In this document: in pieces, positions 25,298-39,057 of the stretch | How positions within the stretch are numbered: position 1 is the first letter of the stretch | Layout: each line of letters begins with the position of its first letter | DNA from: Azolla caroliniana | Lineage: Eukaryota; Plantae; Polypodiophyta | Assembly (NCBI GenBank): GCA_043228905.1 | Contig: JBHGNT010000001.1 | Span: 21,142,001-21,206,000 of the forward strand | Length of the DNA stretch: 64,000 nt | Direction: 5' to 3' | Position numbers and translations under genes: made by a program | Notes under the pieces: model-generated | What the model saw: only the letters and a program-made list of their open reading frames with translations | The model's database searches: none | Told to the model about the DNA's origin: nothing

Positions 25298-25551
25298 GTT
25301 GGCGCCTTTCTCGATTCTTGAGCATGTGCACGTCGTGTACTATAATAGCAATGAAGTGCCACGTGGCAGCGTTTTAATGTGCTATAAATAGCCCACTACT
25401 TGGCTTTTCATAGTGCCCATTCATTCTTCCCTTTTCATTGCATGTGGCCGTTCACTCCTCGCCATCGCATGATTTGGGTTTGATTGGATCTGATCCCTTT
25501 TCTTTTCTTTTCAATCTTGTTAATCCGTAACCGGCCCAAACAGACTCTTCT

Positions 25552-28500
25552 CTAGATTGTGGTCCCTTTCTCCGGTTTCGTGCTTGCGATTGCTTGACCG
25601 GTTATCGTCTCGTCGTGCTTACCGGTGTCCGGTGTGGTGTCAGCCTTTGTCTGCTCAAACGAGTTTCTTGGCGTGGGTCCATAGTATGGTTTCAGTCGAA
25701 ACCCATTGACCCATTTACCCACAACTTCTCCAACGAGTGTCCCTAGTTGGTAGGAACCGTTGAACTCTCGTGTAATCCAATATGGTCTGGTCCACCGAAA
25801 CCATAGCTTCCCCTGCATCTTAGCCATCCGGGTCTGGAATACAAGTACCGGTTTGCCGATCCCGAACATTTTTTCGTTACCTTTCCGGTGTTGATCAACG
25901 AACGCTTTACTTCTCCGTTGCTCCAGTTCCATGTGCATTAGGATGGTTGTTCGGTGTCCTCCAGTTCGCATAGTGCTGCTAGCCAGATTGTTTCCGACTC
26001 CTTCTCATTTAGGCGTTCCCGAACCTGTAACCGCAAACTAGGAACCTGGAATTCAATCGGCATTATTGCTGCCAATCCGAATGCCAATCGGAAAGGCTTT
26101 GTCCGGATACTTGTCTTATATGCTATCCGGTAGGCCCAGAGTGCACTGTGCAGCTTTGTATCCCAATCCGTTCGATTCTCATTGACGATTTTCCGCAGGA
26201 TGTTTTGTAGCGTCTTATTTGTGGATTCAGCTAATCCGTTCGCTTGCGGATAATACGGCGTGCTTCGCTTGTGCACCACCGCATAGAATGTCGTCAAGCT
26301 CTCCACCACTTGTCCTAGGAAATGCCCACCTTGGTCACAAATTAGCTCAATCGGACATCCATACCGACACCAGATATATTCATATAAAAACTTTGTCGTC
26401 GATGCCGTGGTGTTGTCACATAGTACTTTGGCCTCCACCCACTTGGTGCAGTAGTCCGTAGCGACGATCACATATCGGTTGCCGGTTCTCATTGCCGGTG
26501 GTTTAAATGGGCCGACGAGGTCCAGCCCCCATTTCTGAAATGGTTCCAATGGTAGCACCGACTGGTGAGGCATTCTTGCCTATTCCGTTGGTTGGCCCAT
26601 CCGCTGACATAAATCGCATTCTTTAGCATACCGGACAGTGTCTTTTAATGTTGTCGGCCACCATAGGCCACTCTGCCATATTTTCCTTGCCGTAGCATCC
26701 CCAGCATAATGCCCTCCGGCAACGCCGCAGTGTGCTTCGCGCAGTATTTGGTCCTTTTCGTCGTTGTGCACCACGTTGAGTAATTACGTTCCGCCTGGGA
26801 CAGCTTCCGGCTGGTATAATACACAGGCCGGTACCACTTTGGTTCGGTAAGCTACATTAATGCGCTCCCAATTGCTATGTCGGACGCATCTACGAATACG
26901 TGGAATTCTTTAGACCAATCTGAAGGTTGCAACACCAGTGCTTGTGATAGTAGTACTTTTAATGCCCGGTAAGCCTTATGTTATGTGTCCGTCCACTGAA
27001 ACGGTGTCCGATGCACCGTAGCATGCAATGGTGTGGCTAGGTCTGGCAGATACCGGAGCATCCAGCTATGCCACCGGATTTCTCCTAGGAACCGACTCAA
27101 TGCTTTCGCTGTGGTGGGTGCCGGTGCCTCCAAAATTGCTTTGACCTTGTCCGGGTCTACTGCAATACCGTCCTTGCTAACGATGTGGCCTAGCAATGCA
27201 CCGCTTGACACACCAAACACGCATTTTGCCGAGTTAAGGCATAACCGATAAACCCTGCATTTCTCAAGACATAGTCGGAGTTATTGGAGGTGTTCCCCTT
27301 CTTGGTTGTACACGGCGAAATCGTCTCGGAACACCTGCAGGAATGCTGGAATAAATTCTCCAAAAATCTCCATGATTATCCGCTGGAAGGTTGCCGGTGT
27401 CGTTTTAAGTCCAAACATCATGACTACGGCGACGAATACTCCCCATTCGGTAACAAAAGCGGTTTTCTCCGCATCTGATTGTAGCTGTTGAACCCGTCCA
27501 AGAAACTATAAACTTCGTGACCGGCTACCGCATCCAGGACTCCATCCGTAAAAGGGAGTGAGAAGGCGTCGGTTACTGTTGCTGCATTCAACTTCCGGTA
27601 GTCGACACATACCTTGATTTTTCCGTGCTTTTTCGGTAAGACGATTATCGGACTCAGGCATGTCGCCTTCTTGACCGGTCGGATGAACCCTACATGTAAC
27701 AATTTGTCGATTTCATCCTTTACTTTTACTGCATAGTTAGGGTTCATCCGGTAACGCCATTGCGCCACCGGCTTGGCATCCTTACTCAGATGTATCTGGT
27801 GTTGATACAACTGAGGATCTAGCCCTCGCATGTCCTCGTAAGACTACGCGAACACGTCCCGGAACTCCTTTAATAAGGTGATCATTGTCATCTTCCTTCC
27901 TAGGGTCATTTCTTTGGCGATGTGAACTGGTCTTGCGTCTTCTGCGGTGCCTAGGTTTACCTCTTCCAGCTAAGAGGCTTTTAAGCGTTGAGATACTGCC
28001 AATTCCTTCTCCAAAGCTTCCTGCACTTGTCGTAACTCTCTGATGGCTTCTTTATCGGGTTCTTCATCGGCATCCTCTAGTTGCATTATATATGGTGCCA
28101 CTGCTTCGGCGACATCAATTTCAAATAAAGGTACAATTTTCGGATTCTCCTGCAAGTACTGATCGACCTCTTCATCAACCAATCCTTCAAGCATGTTGAC
28201 ACATTCTGCATACAGCGGTGTCAGCTCCTTTCCGGTACTCGAACGTGGTTGTCTAGGTACTTGTACTTTCGCTTTGCCGCATCGGAAAGTAATTATGTTT
28301 TTCCGCCAGTTTTGCTTGATGTGCGCTGTTTTTAGCCATGGGCGGCCCAGCAATAGTGGGTAGGCCCCTTGTGCATTGAGCTGGAGGACTACTACCGAGA
28401 TGCGGAATGCATGACCTCTAATAGTCACTTCCAAATCTCGTATCAATCCAGTAGGTCTTACTAAACTTGTGTCCGCCATCCGGGCACGGCTCCCAAGGTA

Positions 28501-29440
28501 TTACAAGTTCGGAGGCTAATCACGTTCACGCCGGATCCTCCGTTGATAATCGTTCCAAGTAGCTCTCGTCCCTTGACGATGGCTGTGATAGCCAGACTGC
28601 TCGTATCCACTACCGTCAGTCCTTCCTCCGGATTAGAAAAGAACATCGGAGCTGGTGGCGTACCGACTGCAGTCATTCTCGTCTTTAGTCCTTCCGTAAA
28701 CCGAGGTACTAACTACAATAACCGACCTAATGGCAACATGATTTGGCATTCTTGCAACGCCTGCCATGTTGGGTTTTCCGCCTGGCTATTACCGGTGGGC
28801 TCCTTTGGATTCTCCTTTTGTTGTTCCAGTTCAACCACATTCCGCTCATTTGCCTTCTTTACCCATTCGGCGGCCTGCTTCCAGATGGCTTCTTGGGTTT
28901 CCCACTTCGTGGCTTTTCCTTTTGACCTCGTGGTCACTTGTTGTATGTCCTCGACTTCCGCTACCACCATGTTTACAGTTGGTCGTTTATCGTAGCTTTT
29001 CACCGAACATTGGTTACTGTAGTGTCCCTCTTGTTGGCAATAGTAGCAGTAAGCCTTCCGGGTGTTGCTGGATTCTGCTTTTGCTCCGGCACCCGGTTGA
29101 GGTCCTGTAGTAAGTGCTTGGCCTTGGTCTAGTTGGGTGTTTGGTGTACCCTTTTCCGACTCCCGTTGGTGATACCCTTTTATATTGAAATGCCATTTTT
29201 TGTTGAAATGCTTTTTGTTCCGGTAATCCTGTCGGGGCCGGTCGTCATACTTGCCCTAGTCCTCCCTTCGTGGGTTGTAACCGGGGGAGTGATCCCCGTT
29301 GTATCGCTTATTCCGTTCCCCATTATAGTCCCGATATCTATTACATCTATCATACCGGTCGTGGTCATAAGTGTCTCTTCGATCGCTGTACTGGACATCT
29401 TGCGCCGGCCAGTAACGCTCCTCTCGCCGCCAACGCTCTT
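25552..29440 (-). pseudogene. C1 gag-pol remnant (gag end, PR, RT, RH, IN)
   Basis: FLDGFNSYNQ, FQKWGLDLVGP, YPQANGLAE; deletion between RH and IN near 26776. Confidence 0.9.
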
Positions 29441-29941
29441 CTAACTCTATCTCACCGTAACACCCTTTGGTGAAGTGTCTTCCGGAGACACCCTGTGTTA
29501 GGCTATTGTCTGGCCCTTAGGAGTAACACACTTTTTGGCGACCACGATGGAATAGAGTTAGACCGACGATTAATCAGACCTATATCGGTTACTTAAGCAA
29601 CATATCACGAATCTTAATACACGCGTAAGATAGGAAGTAATTAGCAAAGAACGGTAAATCAATACACAGAGATAAGACAATATAGCTTTTATTAATTTTT
29701 CATCGTCATTTATAATGTAACCGGGCCTTTTTATAGATCACCGGCTCAGCATACAAAACGGTGCCAGCCGGCACACTAATATGAACCGGTCCGGCTCCAG
29801 ATCGGCATACCGATTCCGGTCTGTCCGTTCACTTCTCAAAATATACTTAATTACTAAATATCCTAATAACAACTTCCGATTATTCCTGCCCTTTCACATT
29901 CTGGACTGTCCTCCACTCCTTGCCGGTTGGCTAACAAAGGT

Positions 29942-31790
29942 CCCCTAGGTCCTTCACCTTAAATGCGTCTGACAGCTGGGACTTGACTCGGCTGATTTCA
30001 TCGAGTCCGGGTCCAGTGATGACTAGATCATCAACATAGAACAAGATGCAAACCGAACCGTTCAGACCTTTCCGTATGAACAAGAAAAGTCAAACTTGGA
30101 GGCCGCAAACCCCATCTTACGCAACCGGTGCGTGATCTTCGCATTCCAAGCTCAGGGGGATTGCTTCAGGCCATAAAGTGACTTCTTCAGCCGACATACA
30201 GCCGACTTGTTCATCTCCGACTAGAAGCCGGGGGCTTGGGTCATAAAGACTTCTTCTTGAAGATCACCTTGAAGAAATGCATTCTTCACGTCCATCTAGT
30301 GAAGATGCCACCCCCTTGCTGCAGCAATCGCTAGCACCACACGAACCGTCGTCATCTTCACTACCAGAGTGAAGGTCTCGTCGTAGTCGATTCCATAGGT
30401 CTGCGCGTATCCCTTCGCCACTAACCGGGCCTTGTAATGGTTAATTGAACCGTCGGCATTGTACTTTACCTTGCACACCCATTTACATCCGATCGATTTA
30501 CAGTGTTGGGGAGGGTCAACTAGGTCCCATGTGTCGTTGGCATCAAGTGCCCGCATTTCATCCTCCACAGCGACACGCCAATTTGCATCCTTTGCCGCTT
30601 CTGCGTAGCTCTCCGGCTCACGCACTTTGGTCATGTACGCATAATGATGCGCCATGTACTCATGCTACCCGTACCGCCTCACTGGGTTCTTCTGGCGGGA
30701 AGACCGGCGTAGCCTATCGTTACCCGATTTGAGGCCCTTCTTGGCAAGTTCGGACTTTGTTCCCGAAGATCCGCCTTCAACCTTTCCGGAGTCAGATTCG
30801 CTTCGATCCGACTCAACGTTGCCGGTTTCGTATTCCGGCATCTTCTTCTTCCCCTTCTCTTTGCGCATGAACCGTCTCCTCGGTTCCTTGCACAGGGGCA
30901 GCACTGCAGAGTCTCCACTACTCGCCGGTTCCTCATCCGACTGGTCATCCGGACTCAGCCGCTCATTCGGTCTGTTCAACCAAAGCGATTCCGGACTCAT
31001 ATCTAGAGTCTCGAACCCCTCGTATTCTAATTGGACCGGTTTAGGCTCACTAGCCTCATCCTCCGGTATCAGGTCGGGGTCGGAAGTTGGAGCTGGTAAG
31101 GCATACCATGATGTCGTCTCATCAAACTCAACATCCCGGCTAACTCGGACCTGCTTCATTCGGGTGTTATAACACTTATACCCCTTTTGCTCATGCGAGT
31201 AACCGACCAGGATGCCATTCTCCAGCTTTGCATCCAACTTCCTCCACTTCTCATCTGGTACATGCACATATGCAATGCTACCGAATATCCGAAGGTGTCT
31301 CAAATTCGGCTTTCGCCCGAAATACAGCTCATGCGCGGACACCTTGTCACCGATCCGGTTTTGGATATAGACAGCCGTCCAGACCGCCTCAGCCCAGTAG
31401 AATTTGGGCATGCTCTTCTCCTCCAGCATCGCCCTTGCCGTGTCGATAATCGACCGGTTCTTCCTCTCGGCCACACCATTTTGCTCCGTTGTGTATCTGC
31501 AACTGAACTCTCTACGAATTCCTTTTTGCTGCAGATAACTATTGAATTGGTTGGAAAAAAATTCTTTTCTGCCATCTGACCGCAGGCACTTGATCTTCCT
31601 CTTTGGTTCCTATTCAACCAGGCTTTCCAGGTTCCGGAAACACTCGAAGACTTCGCTCTTCCATGTGTGCCGGTTGTAGTCATCAATGAAGGAGACGAGG
31701 TATCGACTCCCGCCAAGACTAACGTTCTGTGTCGGTCCCCATACATCTGAAGGAATAAGGTGGAGCTTGTTACGGCTACGGTTTCATTTG
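29942..31790 (-). pseudogene. Copia-1 integrase and RT (middle part)
   Basis: AERKNRSII, YWAEAV, YKARLVAKGYAQ. Confidence 0.9.
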
Positions 31791-31795
31791 GTGGG

Positions 31796-31974
31796 TGTTG
31801 AGAATCGAACTCAACTTCCCATAGATAGGTTTCACACTACCTCATGGAAATTCCATCCTAGTTTTGTAAATAGTAAAAAGGGCGCTTGCCCTAGCTTAGT
31901 TGATATATAAACCAACTCATTGTAACTTAGTCATGGTTGGATGTATCTCGTTTTGTTAATATCATATATAATTT

Positions 31975-32016
<42 letters not shown>

Positions 32017-35000
32017 GCATTACAACCACTCTAGCCATTCCATTTCTTCACATGGTATTAGAGTGTGTGGTTGCCTGATCAAGCATTTTTCGACTGTGTT
32101 GTGCTGCACACCGATGATCAACTTAACCATCCCATCGACAGGGGAGAAATCACCATGAATACTCAAATGGGAAGCGCTCTTCCTACCAAGAAGCTCGATA
32201 GAACGAACTTTGCATCTTGGGAATACAAGATGCATCAATATCTTGTTGGACAAGGCTATTGGAGCTACATCGAAAGAGCTCACGAATCATACCCCAACCC
32301 AACACACGCTGACTATCCCACTTGGGAGCAGGCCGCAAGCTGTGTGTTGTATTGCCCTGCATCATTCGTTCATGATCATATGCTTGGCTACATTCAGGTG
32401 GCTGAAACGCCGAAGCAGGCGTGGGAAACCCTCAAGAAGATCTTCGCAGCCAATACGGCCGCACGAAAGCTCCAACTTCGACAGGAGCTGAAAATTCTTC
32501 AACAAAGGGACATGTCAATCGGCAATTATACCTTGAAGATCAAGGAGCTATGTGACGCCCTCGGATCCATCAACGTCGTTATTGACGATAACGAACTGGT
32601 GCAAATATGCCTCGGAGGCCTAGCACCGTATTTCAGCACGACTAGATCGGCTATTCTCACAAGGGAGAACTCTCCCTCCTTCTTCGACCTTCAGTCGATA
32701 TTGCTGGTTGAAGAGAATCATGCCCGATAGAGGAACAACACATCATATGGTCATTTTCTCTACTCCCAGTCAGATAATAGAAGAGATTTTGGCTGTGGAA
32801 ACAGAGGTCATTTCGGACAAGGCCATAATGGTCGGCGGAATCAAGGGCGTAACTCCCACCAATGGCAAGCGGACAGGAACGGGCCCAGAGAGCTTGGTGA
32901 AAGGGGGGAGTCATAACGCCGGACCGAGCAATCGCCGAAACCTAGTCGAGTGCGGGTACTGCAGAAAACCTGACGACTACAAAGAAGAGTGCCGAAAGAA
33001 TAAACGTGAGGCAGGCCCACAACTCACGAACTACACCACAAACTCTGACTACGACGACCGTGGCGGAATGTTCATAATGAAGCACGAAGCACACTCGATG
33101 TCTGCATTTGCGACAACCAGCGCCTCCACTCCCAATAGTGAATGGTTTGTCAATTCGGGAGCTTCCAATCACATGACTTCCCATGAAGATTGGTTTCGGG
33201 AATTACGGAAGCCCGAACATCCCAGATATGTCGAAACAGGCGATGATACGACTCATCCAATACAGCATATCGGGAATGTCCCATTCAGAAACGACGGCGA
33301 ACAGACCTACCTCAAGAACATACTACATGTTCCCACGATCATGAAAAATCCAGTCTCGGTAGGCCAAATTGTAGAACAAGGAATGCATGTACGCTTCAAC
33401 GATGGGTGCTTCATTGAAAAAGGTGATCAAATCGTAGCTCACGGCAAACGAGAAGGTTGTATGTTCATTGTCGAGTCGAGCGAAGTAAAGTCGGCCATGT
33501 ACGCAAAAGGCCAGAAAGTCGAAACCAACTTAAAGTTGTGGCACAAGAGAATCGGCCACATCAATCTCCAGAAGCTTCAGAACATGCAGACAAAAGGAGT
33601 CGTAATCGAACTCTCGAACTTTACAGCAAAGGGATCACGGGCGTGTGCGAAGCATGCCAATTCGGAAATCAATGCCGTCATCCATTCCCAAAAGAGAGGA
33701 ATGTAAGAAAAGGGATCCTGGATGTCATACATTCAGACGTGTGGGGACCAGCCCAAACAGCTTATTTTGGTAGGTGTCGTTACTATGTCACGCTCATCGA
33801 TGACTTCTCCAGAAATACCTGGATCTATCCGATGAAGCAAAAGAGTGAAGTGTTCAGCCACTTCCAGAAGTTCAAAGCCGAAGTGGAAAAAGCCACGGGC
33901 CAGCATGTACGTTGCCTTAGATCAGATGGAGGCAAAGAATATTTTTCGAATGAGTTCTCGGCGTATCTCCACAAGGAAGGAATCCGACGAGAGTTCTCGT
34001 GTCGACATACACCTCAACAAAATGGCGTAGCTGAGCGTAAAAACCGCCACATAGTAGAAGTCGCACGAGCCATGATGAATGAGAAGAACCTGCCAAAATT
34101 GTACTGGGCAGAAGCGGCGAACACGGCCATATACCTCATGAATAGGTGCACAACATCAGGATTACACGACATAACTCCTCATGAGAAGTTCTTTGGAAAG
34201 AAGCCGGACTTATCGCATGTCCGCATTTTCGGTTCTATCACCTACGTACATATTCCTAACGATACGTGGCAAAAGCTTGACCCAAAGTAGGAGAAATGTA
34301 TCCTCATAGGATACTCAGTCAAACAGAAGGGGTACAAATGCTACAACCCATCTACCCGTAAGGTTCGAACAAGTCGAGATGTAGTCTTTGACGAATACAC
34401 ATCCTGGTACGCACCAGAGAACACTTCGACTCCAACCCCGCTCAACGCGGATGACACCAAAATAAGAATAGAAGCCGAAGATCGTCTCACGCATGTGCAC
34501 GAAGAAAGTACAAACTCGACATGGCTAAGCGGACCACAAGAGGCCCCAAGTGATCAAAGCACATCTCGGCCAAGTCCACTGCTAGACAAAGGCAAGGCGA
34601 AAATGCAGGAGTATGAAGATCATTTCGATCTCGACAGTAGGGTCGAAGGCCTTGACATCCACACAGACGGCGTGAAGAAACCCCGAGAATCCGAAAATGA
34701 CAAGCCACGCTGATCCACGCGCGAGAAGAACCCCATAAACCGCTACAACTACGACGAGTACATGGTGTATCATTACGTATTCATGATGAAGGTAGCGTCA
34801 GTACGGGAACCGGAAACGCCTTCCGAAGCCGCAAAGGATCCGCGATGGGTCAATGCAATGAATGAGGAGATGGAAGCGTTATGCAAAAACGAGACATGGG
34901 ATCTCGTTCCTCATCCCCCGAACAAGAAACCAATTGGTTGCAGGTGGATTTACAAGGTGAAGCACAATGTTGATGGTTCCGTAAATTGCTTCAAAGCACG

Positions 35001-36617
35001 GCTCGTTGCAAAAGGCTACGCACAGACACAGCGTAGACTATGAAGAAACCTTTGCCCCGGTGGCAAAGATGATGACAGTATGAACCGTAATCTCGCTAGC
35101 AGCAGCAAAAGGGTGGCACCTCCATCAGATGGACGTGAAAAACGCTTTCCTCCAAGGAGAGCTAGAAGAAGAGGTGTATATAACACAACCACCCGGATTC
35201 AAATCGCGTACTCATCCGCACGTCGTATGCCGACTCAAGAAGCCACTTTACGGCCTCAAACAAGCATCGTGTGCTTGGCATTCGAAGATCACGCAGTATC
35301 TTCATCAAGTCAGATTTCAGATGTCAAAATCCAACACTTCCCTGTACATCCGAAACGAGTTGGATAGCCCGATAATCATCATCTTGTACATGGATGATTT
35401 GGTCATCGGAGGAACGGATCTCGCCGAGATTAACAAAGTTAAATCACTTCTTCCTGGTAGATTCGAAATGAAAGACTTGCACGAACTTCATTACTTCCTC
35501 TATATTGAAGTAATTCGGACACCAGTTGGGATAATGATATCGCAACGACACTACGTCCTCAACCTACTGTACAAATTCGGAATGACAGAGTGCAAACTTG
35601 TGACTACCCCTCTTGATCGCAATATCAAAATTGATGCTAGTTTCGGCACGACCAAGACTGAACCGACTCAGTATCGCCAACTAATCGGTAGCTTGATCTA
35701 TCTCACCATTACGCGACCCGACCTAAGTTATTCAGTCGGCCTACTTAGCCAATCCATGCAGAATCCTCATAATCTTCATCTCGATTGTGCTAAGAGGATA
35801 CTACAGTATGTCAATACGACAACGGATCATGGCATCTTGTATAAGTCGAATACGACCATTCGACTTGAAGGGTACACAGACGTGGACCGAGCAGGATACA
35901 AAGTGGATAGACGATCCACATCCGGATTTGTCTTCTCCCTCAGCAGCGGAGCGATCTCCTGGAGCAGTAAGAAACAACCAACAGTCGCATTGTCGAGCAC
36001 GGAAGCCGAATACAGGGGCGCGGTAGTCGCCGCATGCGAAGCTGTATGGCTTAAGCGTATACTAAAAGATCTGGGCATACCCATCAAAGATCCAATACGC
36101 ATGTACTGCGACAACATGAGCAGTATCTACCTCGTGCGTAACCCCGTATTTCACGCGCAGACTAAACACATCCAAGTGCACTACCACTTCATCCGTGAGC
36201 GCGTCCAGGCCAGAGAAATTGACCTCCAACACATCAACATGCACCTACAAGTCTCTGATATCTTTACGAAGGCCTTAGGCATTGACAAGCTCGGGAAATT
36301 TGCGTCGGATCTTGGTCTCACGTCATCCACATTGCCGAGCTTGAGGGGGAATAAGCAAAGTACGCATTGATATGCAGATATGTACGCCGAACTTCAAACC
36401 GAACAGATGGAAGTTGTGTTCAAAGGGGCGTGTTGAGAATCGAACTCAACTTCCCATAGATAGGTTTGACACTAGCTCGTGGACATTCCAAGCTAGTTTT
36501 GTAAATAGTAAAAAGGGTGCTTGCCCTAGCTTAGTTGATATATAAACCAACTCATTGTAACTTAGTCATGATTGGATGTATCTCGTTTTGTTAATATCAT
36601 ATATACTTTTTTCTATA

Positions 36618-36679
<62 letters not shown>

Positions 36680-36750
36680 GTTACACACACACATAGATAC
36701 GCTCACCTTCCGTTGCATTACAACCACTCTTGCCATTCCATTTCTTCACA
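31796..36750 (+). mobile_element. Ty1/Copia element Copia-2, full length
   Basis: LTRs 31796-32052 and 36431-36750; TSD GTGGG; PBS TGGTATTAGAG at 32053. Confidence 0.95.
32155..36370 (+). pseudogene. Copia-2 gag-pol with stops and frameshifts
   Basis: gag LDRTNFASWEYKM; PR WFVNSGASNHMT; IN IHSDVWGP/LRSDGGKEY; [16 protein letters not shown]; RH KHIQVHYHFIRE. Confidence 0.92.
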
Positions 36751-36755
36751 GTGGG

Positions 36756-38316
36756 GTATGGAAGCCGGTGTTGCTTCCCGAGTTGGCAAGCTTCACATAT
36801 GTGGACCTTCCGGCCACTAAACTTTGGCAAACCGAAAACAACTTGTTTCGTTTGCAGGTCTTGAAGCCTTTGTAATTGACGTGGTCGATCCGCTTGTGCC
36901 AGAGATCAATATCCGATTAAATCTTTTCTCCTTTGGCAAACAAAGCAGTGCCGACATCATTGGTTTCGAGGATGAACATCCTCCTATCTCTGCGCCCTTG
37001 TGCAATAATCAGGCCCTCTTCCTCGATGAAGCACCCAAGGTGCGTAAACCGCACTTGCATCCCCTGGTCAATGATCTGACCGATTGACACCAAGTTCTTC
37101 GTGATAGTCGGAACGTGTAATACGTTCATCAGCTTCCCCCTCTATCCGACATGGCTCAAAGGGACTTCTCCGACATGCACGATTGGGTGAGGAGTGTCAT
37201 CTCTGGTTTCGACGACTCCCGGTTGTTCCGGTTTCTCGAAGAAAGAGAACCACTCCTTGTGGCTCGTCATGTGATTCGACGCACCGAAATCAAAGTAAAC
37301 ACTTCCTACAATTTGGAAGTGGTCTTCTTCATCGAGTTAGCCTCGTGTTTCATCACCAAGGATGGCCCCTTTACTGGCTTTTCCAATTTTGGATCCTCCC
37401 AATCCTTCTACGTAGTGCGAGTATTGCCGGTTCTCTTTGTCGGCCTTGCCACATCCAGATTTGTCCGAATCGGCGCGCTTCTTCTAGCACTCGCTTTCTC
37501 TGTGGCCCTTTGTACCACAGTACCAGCATTCTGTGCTAGCTTTTGTTTGTTAGCCTCCGGCGCCGCCTTGACTCCCCCTGCTTGTGGAGGGTCCGAAACT
37601 GCTACGGCACGTTCTCTGTGCCTTCGGTCCTGCTCTTGCCAGCCGCTACCATTGCGAGCCGACCCACCTCGTCCACCACACCCATGGGGCCGATCCACCT
37701 CCGTGTACAACATTCGGTTGTCGGTGGGTGCACTTGTTGATGAACCGGTGTGGTTCTCCTCTACAAGGAGCATCGATTTTAAGTCGAAAAATGACGACGT
37801 ATTCTCCCTTATACATACCGCCGTTCAGAACGCTCTGAACTTAGATGCTAGGCCTCCAAGACAGATCTGCACCATCTCATTTTCCTCTACAATGACATTG
37901 ATAGAGGCAAGTGAGTCACAGATCTCTTTGATTCGGGTTGTGTAATCGTCTACCGACATGTTCTTCTGTCGGACATTGCTCAACTCCTGTCGGAGTTGTA
38001 GCTTTCGGGCTGTATTGCTTGCCGCAAAAACCTTCTTCGGGTTTCCCCAAGCTTCTTTTGGCATCTTGGCATCTCGGACATGGCTTAGCAGCTGGTCTCC
38101 GACACTGGATGCAAAGCAGTACATCACTCTACTTGCCGCTTGTTCCCACACTAGGAATTCCTTGTGTGCCGCATCAGGTGTTGCATCGTTAGCTCCGTCG
38201 ACATAGCTCTAGTAACCATGCCCAAGCAGGTACTGGTGCATCTTGTATGACCAACATGCGTAGTTGGATCGGTCGAGCTTCTCCACCGGGAGCGAGCTAG
38301 CCATTCCTTTGTCCAT
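36756..38316 (-). pseudogene. Copia-1 gag, protease and pre-integrase region
   Basis: MASSLPVEKLDRSNYA.., ARKLQLRQEL, NVLHVPTITKNLVS. Confidence 0.88.
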
Positions 38317-38871
38317 CACTTCTCTTTATGTTCTTACCGGGTCTTAGGGTTTGTGTTGAGATGCTGATGTTGGATGTAGAGGTTCTCAACCCTCTCACTC
38401 TGATACCATGTAAAACCGAAGGTGTGGAAGCGTTAGACAACCAGCTTAGCCGGATAGCAATAGAGAAAGAGATAGATTAACACACATAAGGTACGCAGAA
38501 GAGACAGAGAAAGAGATAGATTAACACACAGAAGAGACAGAGAAAGAGCAAAACAACTTAAATCTATTATCAACAACTTTGTAAAATTCTCTGTTCCTAC
38601 AACGTGCTCAACAACACTATTTATACGAGTCCTAAGAGGACTAACAGAAGTATGATGTACTTCAATGCTCACACGAGCGTTTAACACTAACTACGTGACA
38701 TCAACTACCTAGTAGTCTAGGCTGCTACTAGGCTTCTGATTACTGCTTGATCCGGCTAACCGGCTAACCGGCTAACTGGCTCACCGATCCGGCTCATCCT
38801 TCCAGATGACGATCCGGCTCAGGCTTATTCAGTCGATCCGGATCCGGTTGAGCTTATCGCTCAACTGTATG

Positions 38872-39056
38872 CCACAAGGCCCTAGGCTTATTTTTATATC
38901 TTGTGTAATGAACACCTAAACACACATCACACGTGCACATTAACGTGCTAACATACATGTGTAACCATCACTCCTTTCATATGTGTCCACATTACACCTT
39001 CTCGATTTTCCTTGTTCCACGCGATTTTCACACTATTGCCGAAAATCTTCACGACA
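38872..39056 (-). repeat. 5' LTR of A, right part (outer end)
   Basis: Matches 448-609 and ends TTCACGACA. Confidence 0.88.
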
Positions 39057-39057
39057 C

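Larger units (their letters stand above)
21741..29936 (-). mobile_element. Athila-like Gypsy element C1 (internally deleted, 5' LTR rearranged)
   Basis: TSD AAGGT (21736-40, 29937-41); 3' LTR 21741-22249; 5' LTR ~29441-29936; TG...CA termini. Confidence 0.92.
19866..38866 (-). mobile_element. Ty1/Copia element Copia-1 carrying two nested insertions
   Basis: LTRs 19866-20282 and 38409-38866; TSD GTATG (19861-65, 38867-71); PBS TGGTATCAGAG (tRNA-iMet) at 38398-38408; PPT TTGAGGGGGAG. Confidence 0.93.
1..39056 (-). mobile_element. Ty3/Gypsy LTR retrotransposon A (non-chromovirus, tRNA-Trp primed), decayed and heavily nested
   Basis: 3' LTR <1-609; 5' LTR 19211-39056, interrupted by a Copia. 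Termini TGTCG...CGACA, PPT at 610-621, PBS at 19188-19204, gag 18351-19172, RT/RH/IN remnants 680-4748. Confidence 0.85.
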
